NCBI RefSeq assembly: GCF_041956535.1
Contig: NW_027192195.1
Coordinates: 180,336 to 244,335, forward strand
DNA length: 64,000 nt
Source: Calcarisporiella thermophila CBS 279.70
Lineage: Eukaryota; Fungi; Calcarisporiellomycota
Reading direction: 5' to 3'
Shown here: positions 27,898 to 40,523 of the stretch, piece by piece
Layout of the letters: each line of letters opens with the position of its first letter
How positions within the stretch are numbered: the first letter of the stretch is position 1
Notes under the pieces: model-generated
Databases searched by the model: none
The model's input: only the letters and a program-made list of their open reading frames with translations
What the model was told of the DNA's origin: nothing
Position numbers and translations under genes: made by a program

Positions 27898-29751
27898 ATG
27901 TCAGGCCGATTTCGCTGCGACAGCTGCCGAAAACGCAAGCGCCGCTGCGACCACCTGTGTGGACCCTGCCGCCTGAAAATGATCCCATGTTCACACTGGC
28001 CCATTCAGCCCACCGGCCTACCCCTTCCTCCCGCGCGCCTCACTGCAGAACAACGCGAAGCGCTCCAATTGCACCTGGGTGCCAACACAGCCTCCCCGGC
28101 GTCCATCGCTGCCGGTATGGGGGCTGGATCTGGAGGGATGTCGCATATGCTGCATAGTGCTAATGGCCTGCCTATCTTGCCCAAGCACCATTCATTTGCG
28201 CCAGGGGGAGGAATCGGGGCCGTCGGAGGTTTCAAAAGTGTCCTTCCCGATCTGCCGCCACTGCCATCCATTTCTTATACGTCCACCGGGGCCAACTCGT
28301 CGTTAATGCCGCGGACAACCGCAGGAATCGGGGAGAAGCGGCCTAGAGATGAGGCGGACAGCGGGGACAACGAGATACTGGAGGACGGCGAGGAGGGGAA
28401 GCCAGAGGGAACCATGCGGGGAAGCTGGGGAGCCCAAGGGTCTACGGGCTTGCGGCACGCATATTCGTCCTCGGCTCCAAACAGTGTGCACAAGGCATCC
28501 CCCTCATCCGCCTATTATCACTATCAGCACGGCCAAGCCCACTATCCACATTCACACCATGCATCCTCCCACTATCACCACTACCAGCCGCACCAGCTCC
28601 AGCCCCCGCATGGTCCCAAGCCAACCCCACGGGTTGCGGCCCCCAGATCCCACTGGTTAGGCGTCGACTCCGTGTTCTACCTGCGATGGTGGTGGGATGA
28701 TTCGCGGCGTGTTTATACGGGCGAGGCGGTTGAGCCCTTTCCGCCTCAATGTCAGCCGGCCCCACTGAAGGTCGATCCGGCCGCCTGGTTTCACCCGGAC
28801 AATATCCCGGTGCGTGAGAAGGGCGAGGCCTATCCCTCCCTCTCCCACTGGTGGGTCTGGGCCCGCACCCTCTCCGACTCCTCGCTGGCAAAGGCCGTGT
28901 GCCTCACCCCTCTCCCCAATCTCCCCGCTATGGCCTCTGCTCTGCGGGAGCACGAGGGCTGGCAGAGTGAACGGGCGGGCCGCCTGATCGAACTCGTGCT
29001 CGAGTGGGCCAAGGGAAAGTCGGAGGCTCTGCGGGCACTCGGGCAAGGGCCCGTCGTGGTGAAGCATTGGGATAGAGTGCTGGGCGCCGGTGAGGATGGG
29101 AACGGCGGGGGAGAAAACTTGTTTGGGCGCGTGCTGGAGGCGCTTATCGATGGGTTTGTGAAGGGTAAGGGAGAGGCGATGGATGCCGAGGAGATCCTGG
29201 CCGCGGTGAAGCGAACAGAACCAGAGAAGCAGGTGGTACAAGAAGGCGCGATCTCGGTGACGCAAGAATATAAAGACGACGCCGATGTCACCCCCGAATT
29301 CAAGAGCGAAGGATCTGGTAGTGAGACGGGCGAAGACAAGGACCTGGAGGACACTGCGGAAAGGAAGGAGGATCAAGAGGGATCCATCAAGGAAGAGGCC
29401 CTTTCCGAAGGGTCGTCCGATATCGAGGAAATGGACGAGACCCCGCCTGACGAGCCGGAGTCAGCACAGCTTAGCATGAAACGATCCACCCATGCTAACG
29501 AGATAACACAACGAGACCAGGAGGTAGCCCCCCTTAGCAGAGGGCCGCAAGCATCTCCGAACCAAGATGATCCACAGGTTGAGGAGATCGAAGAGGAAGA
29601 GGAGGAAGAGGAGGAAGAGGAGGAGGACGAGGAGGACGAGGTGGACGAGGTGGACGAAAGAGAAGAGGATGTAATGGAATTGGAGGAGGATGGCGATGAC
29701 GACATAGAAGAGGAGGAGGAGGAGGCGGCAGCGGACGAAGACAAGAAATGA
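27898..29751 (+). CDS. Intronless Zn(II)2Cys6-like transcription factor with an acidic C-terminus
   Basis: CDSCRKRKRRCDHLCGPCRLKMIPC at the N-terminus, followed by a His-rich linker, a Trp-rich middle domain and a poly-E/D tail. Confidence 0.7.
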   Translation: MSGRFRCDSCRKRKRRCDHLCGPCRLKMIPCSHWPIQPTGLPLPPARLTAEQREALQLHLGANTASPASIAAGMGAGSGGMSHMLHSANGLPILPKHHSFAPGGGIGAVGGFKSVLPDLPPLPSISYTSTGANSSLMPRTTAGIGEKRPRDEADSGDNEILEDGEEGKPEGTMRGSWGAQGSTGLRHAYSSSAPNSVHKASPSSAYYHYQHGQAHYPHSHHASSHYHHYQPHQLQPPHGPKPTPRVAAPRSHWLGVDSVFYLRWWWDDSRRVYTGEAVEPFPPQCQPAPLKVDPAAWFHPDNIPVREKGEAYPSLSHWWVWARTLSDSSLAKAVCLTPLPNLPAMASALREHEGWQSERAGRLIELVLEWAKGKSEALRALGQGPVVVKHWDRVLGAGEDGNGGGENLFGRVLEALIDGFVKGKGEAMDAEEILAAVKRTEPEKQVVQEGAISVTQEYKDDADVTPEFKSEGSGSETGEDKDLEDTAERKEDQEGSIKEEALSEGSSDIEEMDETPPDEPESAQLSMKRSTHANEITQRDQEVAPLSRGPQASPNQDDPQVEEIEEEEEEEEEEEEDEEDEVDEVDEREEDVMELEEDGDDDIEEEEEEAAADEDKK

Positions 29752-30041
29752 GCTTGTGTTGTATAGGGAATCCAAAACTGCAAATCATCCATAATTTGTG
29801 AATTACAAGGCACAATTTTGATTTTTATATTCTTGCTTTCTTATTTTTTCGGCATTTCTACCTGCGTATACAGCCTAGTTCCTCCCCCTCCTCTCCCCTT
29901 TTTTCTTTTGAAGATATTCATTGTTAACTCTTTAATAAAATGTGTAAGTTTTATGGCAAATTTTCAAATAAAATAGAGGCAATCAACAACATTAGGTATA
30001 CTTAAAAATAAAACAAAGAAATAAGAGCGTCTTGGAGGTGA

Positions 30042-30600
30042 TTATGAGGTTATTTGTGGGATGTCTCCGTTGAAGAGGAGCGTTTCCAGCCAGTACACCA
30101 GCACACTTAAGATACGAGAGCGCACCCCTTCCTGTGCCAACAGGCCGCCCCCACCCCCGACTTCCATCAACCAAACGCTAGTCACCAAACCGCACAGGTA
30201 AGCCGCCAAACCATAAAGAGCGAACATGGTCGTGTTGCCAATCTCCTGACGCAAGCGCATCAGAAACATGAGCTTAGGTTGGTGGCGTATAGCAAGCTGT
30301 TGACTGGCGATCTTATCCGCGAGCTATCATGAAGCAAGCATACAAAAAAAAAAAGCAAGACTATAAGTTGTCTCTCCCTGGATCTCCAATAGGATGCCGC
30401 TTACCATATTCAGTTCATTCAACGACAATTTCTGCGGCTTTAGACTCGCGCGGCGTGGTGAGAAGCGTACCAACTCTCCCTCGAGCGATTCTCCCAGTTT
30501 TTTCGACCCATCGTTGCTTGGCAAGTTCAAGTGATTTTCCCTCCCATACTCTCGATCCTTGGTCATTTCAACGCCAACCCTCCCATCATCATCATCATCA

Positions 30601-30632
<32 letters not shown>

Positions 30633-32182
30633 CTCTATATTCCCATGTTTCTCACAGCCACGTAGTCCTTGCTGTTGATTAGCGGCACGTATTTCCTGTT
30701 GTAGTCGGTCGATTTCGTCCTGGAGTGTACGACGTTGTGCAAGTTCCTTGGCATGATACTCCGTCAGTTGAGAGGTGGGCTCCGTCCAAGTATAGGCCGT
30801 GGATTCCTCCACTTCCTCAAGCTATATCGCATGCACAGCCCCCATTAGGGTCCAATTTCAAACTAGTTACCAGGGCAAAACCAACTCACCCATTCTAATC
30901 TCAGTGGGCGTCCCCTTTTCCCGGACTCACTCTTTCCCACCTGAAGCTTATCCAAGTTGTTCTGCAAGTTTTGGACCATTTCCCGCAGCTTCTCGTTCTC
31001 CTTTCGCTCGCCCTCCAGCTGTGCATACACTTGCATCGTGAGAATATCGCTGTCAAGCGCCTGTAAACTGCGCACCATGTCTTCGCGCTCAACCGTCCAT
31101 TTGCGCCGTTCCGAGGCGAACGAGGCAAGAGCGGACTCTGCGTTGGAGAGCTGGGTTTCTTTTTCACGGAGTAAGGTCTGTAATTTGGTAGCTTCCTCTA
31201 CAGGGGAAGAATGGGTCCATAAGAGGATGCACGTCAACGTGACATCAAGGAAGCATGCATATAAATACCGCATTTTTCGACGTAGAGGTCTTTTAACTTG
31301 GCGTAGCTCTGCTTTTGCGTATCAATTCGTACCTGCAGTCGGGAGATGTTCTCTTCCAGCTAATAAAAGACAACGGACCATCAATGAATCAACCAGTCTC
31401 CATGACATGGATGTGAAGGACTCCTACAGTCAAGATCTCCTTCAAGTTCATGCGATCTTTGCTCTTGAATTCCGAGACTTCGCGTCGCCTAGCCACCAGC
31501 TCTGCCTGCAATTCATCCTTCTTGCGCTCAAGCTCATATATCTTCTCCTCGTGCTGCCTCATGGCATTAGTCACTAGGCGATCTTTTTCGCGGAGGCGAT
31601 GCTCCATGCCAGTATACATGAGGGAAAGTTCTTGAAACACGTTGTCGTCCTGTTTTATCCGTATGTAAGTGTATTCATTCGCTCCATACTCGGGTGTTAA
31701 ACCGAATAGAATTTATAGAACAAAGGTCTCTTCTTACGGTATCATCAAAGCCATTCCACGCATCCTGCGCGATTTTGATATATTTATGGCGCTTTTCGAT
31801 CTCTGCCGTCTCCCTTGCCCTGTCATCCCGAAGAATGTCCTCGTCATCCTCACGCTCCACCAAACGCAAAAACTTGACTACATCTTCGAACGTTAATTCA
31901 ACCTCTCCGTGCTGGGCCGCAAACGCGCGTAATGTCGCGCGTTCCTCCTCACCCAGAACTGGAGAGCCCTTCCAGTTCTCTAGATGCGCAAGCAATGCCT
32001 CTAGACGACTAGCAGGGAGGAGATTTCCCTGCTTAAGCGCATCAAAAAAACGGGAGAGAGCTAGGGTATCCCTGTTCTGTTAAATGCAACATAATCCATG
32101 GCAAGGCAAGATAAACAAAGATAAGCCGATGGAGAGAGGGTGTACAATATAAGGGGCAAATTACCTCTACACCGATAGGCAT
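30042..32182 (-). CDS. Tail-anchored coiled-coil protein, KASH-like (Kms/KASH5-type)
   Basis: Exon 1 MPIGVE; EF-hand-like N-terminus (HGEVELTFEDVVKFL); long coiled coils (RQHEEKIYELERKKDELQAEL); C-terminal TM (FALYGLAAYLCGLVTSVWL); short luminal tail ending YWLETLLFNGDIPQITS*. Confidence 0.6.
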
Positions 32183-32865
32183 CGATGAACACTAGGATTC
32201 TTAAAATGGATATTTTTACACGCGTCTTTTTTTTCCCCCTCAATCTCTTAAATAACAATATATATATATCAGATGGTAAGAAATATACGAAATCCTTCCA
32301 CCCTCTTCTAACCCTGATACGTACAAAATAATAATTAATGCTTATCTACAAAATTAATACATCGATTGACTTGGGAGAAGAAGGGAAAGAGGAGATAACA
32401 GTTTTCATACTACGAATGGAAAAGTGGGCCTTCCCCCCTTAGGAGACACACCTCCCAAATTTAAAACGTGACGTTCGATTTGAATCCAAAGGCTTGTTTC
32501 ATTGTAATATGCTCGATTACGCAAAAGTCAAGGATACCGATTGCTTGTGGAGAACTGGAGTGGGCCACAAAAGAGGGCTGTGGGGAAATAAACCAGTATT
32601 CTCGTTCACAACAAGTAGCCTTTTGCACCCAATCTACTTATATCAAACTTGATATTTGGCGTCACCACAGAGTGGTAAATTTCAGGAATATCCTCGCCCC
32701 AGTGGGCTTACAGGAAGTTGGCCTAGGGACATTTATTACAAGCTAGTGAAACACATATCGCGGTGATAGATAGAGAGAGCTATCGGGGGAATTTCACAAA
32801 GTGATAAATAGTAGTACTCATAGAGAGAGGAGAATCATTGGGATATCGCGTGGAATCACTGGTGA

Positions 32866-34074
32866 CTACATCCAGCCTAATAGTGCCACCAACCCCACCG
32901 CCGCGAACAGGCTCCATCCCGTTCGGGACGCTTGGCCGGTCAGCGTCGGGATGATGGGAGGCGCTGTGGCGACATTGCTTTTGGCCGTCTCGGAGGGCGG
33001 CACGGGGATGGAGGCGGTGGTGGAGGTGACGGTGGTCTCCAACACTTTGGTCGCTGTTTTCGTCTCCGTCCTGTAGCGGGTCTTGGTTCGAGTGTCCGTC
33101 TCCACCTCCGTCTCGGTTTGGGTCTGCGTGCTCTGCTCGGTGGTCACGCTTGTTCGGGTCTGGGTATCGGTTGCGGTGACCGTTTCGGTGGTGACGCGCG
33201 TGCGCGTGCGGGTTGTGGTCGGAAACGGGTCTGAGCTCGCACAATACGTCTTGCCGCTGTAGGGGCAGCAGGGGTCAGTGACTTTGAGATGGCAGAGAAG
33301 GGGGCATTCGTCAGGGCATGTGGGAACAATCATTGGGCAGAACACGTTGTCGCACTATTGAAAGAGGGACGCAAGCTCCAAGTTAGGCCTCTCTCGACAA
33401 GACTGCATGCCCCAAGGCACAAACCTGGTGTGGATAGGTCTGAGGCGGGCAATACATCACGCCCAGGCTCTTGCAGCACGGGTCGCTTCAAACAAGAGAT
33501 TCAGCGCAGTTCGCCTACAATGGAACAAGGCCAGACTTACGGGTTATACATGTGGCAGCTCGACGAGCACTCCGTAGGGCACAGCGGCAAGAGGAGCGGG
33601 CAAGCCTTTCTCCCACACTGGTTCGATTCGGCGTCCACCGTCTCCGTCACGGTCGCCGTATCCGTGGTAGCTAAGGGGTATCCAACACGTTAGTGGATAA
33701 TGATGAAAAAGGGACGGCATGGGAGGCGCAGAAAAACCCTTACACGTCGTGAGAACAACAACGCTAGTGGTGGTCTCTATACACGGGTATTAAAGGGATG
33801 ATACGAGTTAGCTTCGGTATTGCGAACACTCCGCCGCTCTTATTACCTGGCGGGGACAAAATGGTCGGTACCGTGGTCCCAGCCTCGGTCGACGAGACGG
33901 TCGCGTTGAGGCTTCCAGACGACAGGGAGACTGGAACAGCAATAAAAAGAATGAAGGCTATTTCTTCCACGGCAAGGGCAGAGAAAAGTCATTACGAAAG
34001 GTCGCGGAGGGATCGCCATGGACCAGCAATGCCCAACCCATGTAGAGGAGAAATCGCAGGAATGAGCACTCCAT
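32866..34074 (-). CDS. Secreted/GPI-anchored Cys-rich, Thr-rich cell-surface protein
   Basis: Spliced signal peptide MECSFLRFLLYMAFILFIAVPV; two Cys-rich repeats (CGRKACPLLLPLCPTECSSSCH; CDNVFCPMIVPTCPDECPLLCHLKVTDPCCPYSGKTYC); T/E/R-rich stalk; hydrophobic C-terminus. Confidence 0.7.
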
Positions 34075-34702
34075 AGTGCGGGTGCGCTGAATGACAAATT
34101 CGCCAGAGCAAGAGAGAGCAGAGACTAGGAAGTCTTGGAAACCTGGCCACCAAAAATAAAAATGCAATGTGACTGGCCATTCATAACCCAACCGCCGAAG
34201 CTTAAATACGAAAGAGGCGAGCCCGCTCCACAAATCCCTATTTTCGGCGGTGGCCAGCGGCTGGCCCACTGCCACAGGCCGAGGGCCATTTAGGGTCGTT
34301 CTATATGGATTTCTGGTTACGTGTGCAGGCACGGCAGAGGGCAGATAGAGTTGGGCACGGCCTGTTCTATTTGGGGGTGGCGGGGTGCGATTGGGCGGGG
34401 GAGGATTGGACGGGCGTCGCGCTCGCTAAAGGGAAGCCACGCTTGACTGCCATGCATTGGCATAAAACTATGCCAATGCGGCCGTTTCTCTCTGCTCTCT
34501 GTTTGAACGCGGGCAGATGATTTCATTTTCTCCCATGAGACGTCCGCGAATCATTTAGGTTAGCGCTCTAGGTTAGGTTGGTTAATATGTCTGTGCGTCC
34601 GATTGACACCATCAAACATGCTCCTCGTCCCACTTCTGTTTCCTTTTCCTCCATCTCCCATCCAAGATCTCCTCGCTGCTTATGTTAGCATTTCGAAAGA
34701 AA

Positions 34703-35858
34703 ATGTTTTCCCAGGGCTCCTCTCTCCTCCCTTCTCTCGCGTCTGCGCAAGATATAGAGGCAGATCCTGCAGTGCAGGCGAGGCGGCCAGCGAAAACATC
34801 CCTATCGCACCCAATTAAGTGAGCATCTCGATCCCTCCCCATTGTGGAACCTCTCCCCCCCCCCCACTCCCTACTAACCAACTCTTTCAATCTAGCATCA
34901 ACTGGATCCTTCCCCATGAATCAGTCCCTACGCTCTCTTATCACCCCTCCCATCATTCCTTGACTCCACTAGGCCCACTCGCATTGGCATCCTCGAATCC
35001 ATCCCTCCGTGATCCCATGCAACTCCAACCAAAATGGGACGAAATGCTCGGAAGATATCAGAGCCTAGAGAAACTAGGCAACCTAGCTCTCTGCTCGTGT
35101 CCTGGAAAAAAAGTACGACTTGATGGATCGGTGCAAGACCGAGCGGCCATCAACCGCGATCTTAACCTGGACTTTTCGCGAATTCGGTCGTTTAACGTAA
35201 CTACTATTGTGTGGTAATGACTGGCGTCCATTTGGAACCCATGCCTACAGAGTCTCTAGATATCAGTGGCTGATGGCTCGTCCCAATACGCTTTTTTATG
35301 TAGTTGCTTGAGCGATGAAGAGCTGAGTTATCTTGGTGCTCCGTGGACAAAATACCTCGAGGCCGCTCAGAAACACAAGCTAGAAGTGATCCGGTAGAAC
35401 CAAACCATGGATATATTGCATCTTCTCCTGGAATTTCCATTAATCTTTCCCCGCCTATGTGCATTCATGAATAGATTGCCCATGGTTGAAGGGGGATGCC
35501 CCGATACCCTGGAGGCCATGGACCAGATTTTGGAACAAGTTAGTGCGCGGGTACATCGAGGGGAGAACGTGCTGGCTCATTGCCGTGGAGGTGACTATTC
35601 TCCTGCAATATCTCACAGCATTCCTTCCCTCCCATCCCCTCCCTCTCCTCCTCGGATAACCTTTTCTTTTCCTTTCTAGGGATTGGTCGCGCTGGGCTAG
35701 TCGCCTGCTGCTTTTTATTGAAAGAGGGCTACTGCAGCCTCCCCGAGCATGCGATCGAGACCGTACGCATTCGCAGAAGTCCTAAGGCTATCGAGACTAT
35801 GCAGCAAGTAGACTACATTGTGAAATTTGCTCAGTATATTGCCGAGAGAATAGGCTAG
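34703..35858 (+). CDS. CDKN3-like dual-specificity protein phosphatase
   Basis: Spliced KTSLSHPININWI, GNLALCSCPGKKVRL, RDLNLDF, and the catalytic loop HCRGG|IGRAGLVACC, followed by VRIRRSPKAIETMQQ. Confidence 0.85.
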
Positions 35859-36485
35859 CTTATTTGAACAATTTCGATGTATATATTTATATATGTTACA
35901 TATATATATATATGTGTATGTATACACCTGTGCCTGAGTGTATAATTGGCTATTTCGGGACTCTTGTCTTTCTTTTTTTGTATATTTCATATTTATATTT
36001 CCCAGGTATAATGATGTAAGACTTTTTTATTCGTTGTTGTTGATTTATTTGCAAACCTATGGCTTGCTCCCTTTTTATCCTTCCTTATCTCTGTTGGGGG
36101 GCCGTTTTCTCCGATTTGACGTTAACTATGTATGGACTTTTGCGTTTTTCCTTTTTTTTACTTGTAGCAAGAAGAAAAATAAAGATATATTAATATCGGA
36201 TGCGTGAGACTGCGTTCCCATCTCATTCCATCACTGGTCTTATTAAAGCACGCAGGTGAATTAATTGTACGTCACTAAATCCGTTGAGATTTTTTTTTTT
36301 TTCCACTTCGAGTCGTTCGATACCGGTCCCCTCTTGTTCTTTATTGAAAAAATTATCCAACGGGGTCCCTTGACCTGATCCAAGCTATTTTTGTGCATTC
36401 TTGCCTTCATTACTGTTTGGTTGGTACGGTTCGTCGTCTCATCGCCGGTAGCAGCTGGCAGCTTTGATATCACTTCATTGAGTAG

Positions 36486-37776
36486 ATGAAAAACCCATCC
36501 AACAGCGCCCCGCCTCCCGCCCCTTCAGCCAACACCATGAACAATCCATGCGAGCCTATCCATGGCTCTGCCAATTACACTAGCTCTGTCTTCAGAACTA
36601 ATCTTGGTGCTGGCTCTCCAACCCATCCATCTCCGGCCGCTAAACTCTCGGCCGAACCGGCGGAGAGAAGAGAACCTGTCCAAGAAAAGGAAAGCCCTGA
36701 ATGGCTCTGCCTACAGCATATTCTTGAGGAGGCACGAGCCGAAGAATTAGCAGCCGGGCAGATGCCCACTACAACCACCGTGGAGAGTCATAGAGAGCCG
36801 GAGGAGGAGAGTGATGGTAAAGAGCTTTTTATCTCACCCATTAACAGAGAACTCTCCTTTCTAACGAATGGATGACTTTTCTCTCTCTCTCTCCTTTCAA
36901 GATGCGACGCCCCGCAATTCCTTCCTCATCTTCTCCGAGTCTCCGCTGTCATTTTCCCTATCCTCAGTGGGGACCGCTAAGAAGAAGAGGCGCACCGTTA
37001 CCACGCCCTTTCAAACCCGCGTCCTTCAAAAGGTCCTTGCCCTCACCAACTTCCCCTCCTCACAGATGCGCAGGATGATTGCGGAAGCGCTGGAGCTCAC
37101 TCCTCGCACGGTCCAGGTATGGTATCAGAACCGTAGGCAAAAAGAGAGAAGCCGTCTTCAGGCCCAAGAGAGAAAGGAGCGCGGGGACGAGAAATCGACG
37201 AACGAGAGCGGGGGTAAAGTGGCCCCATCACAGCCTACCAAGGTTGTGTTTCATTCAATAACCACGGTGCATTTGCCAGACCGCAAGAGAAGGCTGGAAG
37301 GGGCCGAAGCAGGGCCGCCTCGTGTTACGGTTGAGCGAATCATGGGGAGGCCAGCTGCGGCCGAAGCCAAGCTGAGCAGCTCGCCCTCGAAGCGACTATG
37401 CAAGCAAGCGACCCCGCCCTCTGAATCGCTAGCCACCCCCTTTCCATCACCCATGCAGGGTTTAGAGTTGAAGGTGGCGGAGAAGATGGCAAGTCCGCAA
37501 TGCGACCCCCTGGAGTTGTTGGCGATGGCTGCGCTGGAGGTGGGGCAGACGGTTGAAGGAAATTCGGCAAGGGGCGGTGAACATGGGAGCCGTGGGGGGG
37601 AGAGTACGGCATTCAGCCGTCCATGTCGAGCACCTCTCTCACGAGAGTCCTCCCAGACGAATCCATTTGCTTCTGTCTTTCCCGACGTCTCCTCGTCCTC
37701 GTCCTCATCTTCACCCCCCTTCTCGACCTCAGCGGCACCCGTGCCTACCATTATCGAGTCTCGTTTCCAGCGCTGA
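36486..37776 (+). CDS. Homeodomain transcription factor
   Basis: KKKRRTVTTPFQTRVLQKVLALTNFPSSQMRRMIAEALELTPRTVQVWYQNRRQKER. One intron at ~36817-36901. LELLAMAAL motif. Confidence 0.85.
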
Positions 37777-38492
37777 CGTTAACCTATTCCAAGTGTATTA
37801 TCTACCTCTATTATTTATTAGCACAGCCCCTTCCTAATCATATCAGATCGGATATAAAAATATTTATACACTAGCCAACCTCTTCTCCAATGTTGAATAT
37901 TCTGTTAGATCTCCTTCAGCACCAATAAACAAGCGCATTCGAAGCCCATGGCTGATTTCCTTATTCGTGGCCCAACTCCCAACGTCGGGAATGGGAGCCC
38001 ACGTGCTACACGCGGCTTCGCTAACCTTTGAGAGGGCAAGGGCTAGGCGAAGGTTCGCAACCGCGTTCCGCTCTTGAAAAATAGAGTTGTATATATATTT
38101 ATACCAGGGGCTGAGCAACTCTCGGCCCTCCTCCCCCCCCCCCATTCCCCATTTATTCGCCACCAGGCCCAGCTGTGGCGTGGCGCACGGTCTATCCCAA
38201 TTTGGTACATCTGCACAAGATAGATGAAAGCGAGGCAGCTGGGGTCGCGATTGCTTTTTTGTTTGTGTGCATTTCCCAGAATACGCAAAAGTTGCGCCTT
38301 GTACAAGAGGAAGATATTTTTAACAATGTGGCTAGAGACTCGCAACCGTCTCGAGTAAAAACAACACCAAAAAAATTAATAGTGTTCCAATTCTTTCACA
38401 GTCCATGCCCTGTTCCGAATTCCACTAAAACGAATACCCCCCTCTTGTTCCCCTCAATCGCATTATTTAACTGAAGATCTATTTTACCTCCA

Positions 38493-40226
38493 TTGTCACC
38501 AATGGATTCCCTCCCCTCCCTCTCCACAGCCCAATTCTCTTCGCCCCCACCTCTCCCGACCGAGGGAGCGACAGATTCCAACACGACGGTTTTTGCGGCG
38601 TCAGGTCTATCTCCGGGCCCTAGACCAAGTCCGTGTTTGCTATCCCATAATGTCACGCTTTTTCTTTTCGGTGGATCACGACAAGCCGGGAAGGGGTCCG
38701 TTATTCTCTCGGCAAGCCTACCGATCAGTAAAGAAAGGGTGGAGTGGAGAGAGCTATCTGCGGAGAGTGTGAGGGGAACTCTGAGTGAGACATGCGCAGT
38801 GAGCGAGGGGGGGAAAATCGTGGTCATAGCGGAAGAGGGAGGGCAAGTGCGGGCTGATACCAGAAAGCAGAGGTTAGCGAGGAGAGGGCCGATGGAGGGG
38901 CTGAAGAGGGTGCATAAAAATTCGAAGAAAAAAAAAAAGAAGCCCGGTAAGCATGACTCCAGGGCGGGAGAAGAGGAGGAAGGGGGGGAGCTTGAGGAGG
39001 AAAAGAAGAACGAGCCAACTTTGACGGCAGCCCCCTCCTCTTCGGCCCCCTCCCCTCAGCCCTCCTCCATGCCCACCCCCGCCCCGTCCTCCGCTCCCGC
39101 CTCTGACGTCAGTATACATGTTTATGATATCCAAACACAACGCTGGGACACGTCCAAGAGTGATCAGGAGACCCTGCGCAATTTTATCGGGCGCACCCAC
39201 TACGCCGCCGTGTCGCTGGGTGCAGATCTCTATTATTATGGGGGGAGAATAGGCGGGTGCTTCACCGATATGCTGTTGGTGTACAATCTCGAGAACAAGA
39301 CATGGCGAAGGGTGGTGGGGGCCCCCATCGTGTGGTATCCAAGTTTGGTCGCCATCCAGGGAAAGCTGGTAATCTTTGGAAGCTTACCGGGAGAGGGGAC
39401 GTGGCTCAATGTCGCCTATCAATACAACCCCTCTGCGCAAAAGTGATCCCCCGCCCTATTCCTCCCGATCCATTATTCTAGTATGTATGCAATGGCCTAC
39501 CGAGACACCGCCATCGTAGCCGTTCCACGCACTACCGCTCAGGGGGACCCGCACGTCTGGCTCTTCTCCCTCGGCGACCATGGCGGAGGCGGTGGCGCGA
39601 GTAATCTCCTTCAATTAGAAAGCCCCACTAATTTCTCTATACCCAACTTCAAGGAGCAAATGGCGGCCACGCTTCTTGCCGACCGATATTTGATCCTTAG
39701 CGATGAGATGAATAAAATCAGCCTGGAAATGCCCTCGGCCATAGAAGCTTTGGACGTGCAGGCCAGGCAGTGGGTCTCCCGTCTTGACCCGCAAAATCAA
39801 ACGAGGGCCTCTTTTGGGTTCCAGCCCACATCGGCTGCCTCTCCATTCACCAGTGTGGCCCCGAGAAATGCGGCGACAGGTGAGCAAGGAGGGACGAACT
39901 GGACCGGCATCCTCGTCGGATCTATCCTGGCTGCCGCCATTCTGGGGTTCACAACAGGTATCCTTCTCTATCGCGCCCTCCAACGACGGGGCAAAAATAA
40001 AGCAGGCCAACTTCCATATACCTCGGCACGCTCCAGCTCGAGTCATGATGTGCCACCTCGCCTGTCGCTTGCCATCGAAGCTTCTGGCGAATCCCTTATC
40101 GACGCTATCATGCAAGAGATCGGGCCATCGGAGCTGGAGCCACGGGTGGCAAGTCGGTTCCGCGAAATCTTTCCGCCCACATCGTCGGAGCCTCATTTGC
40201 CTAAGACGCTGCCACCGATAGGATAG
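38493..40226 (+). CDS. Kelch/galactose-oxidase-repeat type I membrane protein
   Basis: Kelch-like blades (LFLFGG, LYYYGGRIG...VYNLENKTW, LVIFG) and a single TM (GILVGSILAAAILGFTTGILLY) followed by a basic stop-transfer. The 5' end is uncertain. Confidence 0.65.
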
Positions 40227-40523
40227 ACCCATACCTGTCCCCCCCTCCCCCCACCCTGCGCCTGTGGAAGCCGCCCACCCTCCATCGACTACTCTTGTTA
40301 TATATACATATCTACATGCATATACAGTATATTTAAATTTTATTCTATCGTGCCAATCCCTTCTTTTCCTCTGTAAAAATTCATTCTTCCTCATTTGCTA
40401 GTTTTATAAGTTATGGTATATACATGCATATATTTCTAATGGAATTTAATATAACCTCATGGCATCCTCACCCAATGGATAGGTGGAGAAACTGGTGGAG
40501 AAGCCATGGGAGTCGATGATATC

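Noticed and set aside
26300-29815. Many overlapping antisense and alternate-frame ORFs
   Set aside because: Expected shadows of GC-rich, low-complexity coding sequence, with no motifs.
36486-37776. Homeobox as a mating-type (HD1/HD2) locus
   Set aside because: There is only one homeodomain gene, no divergent partner, and no HMG sexP/sexM, TPT or RNA-helicase flanking genes.
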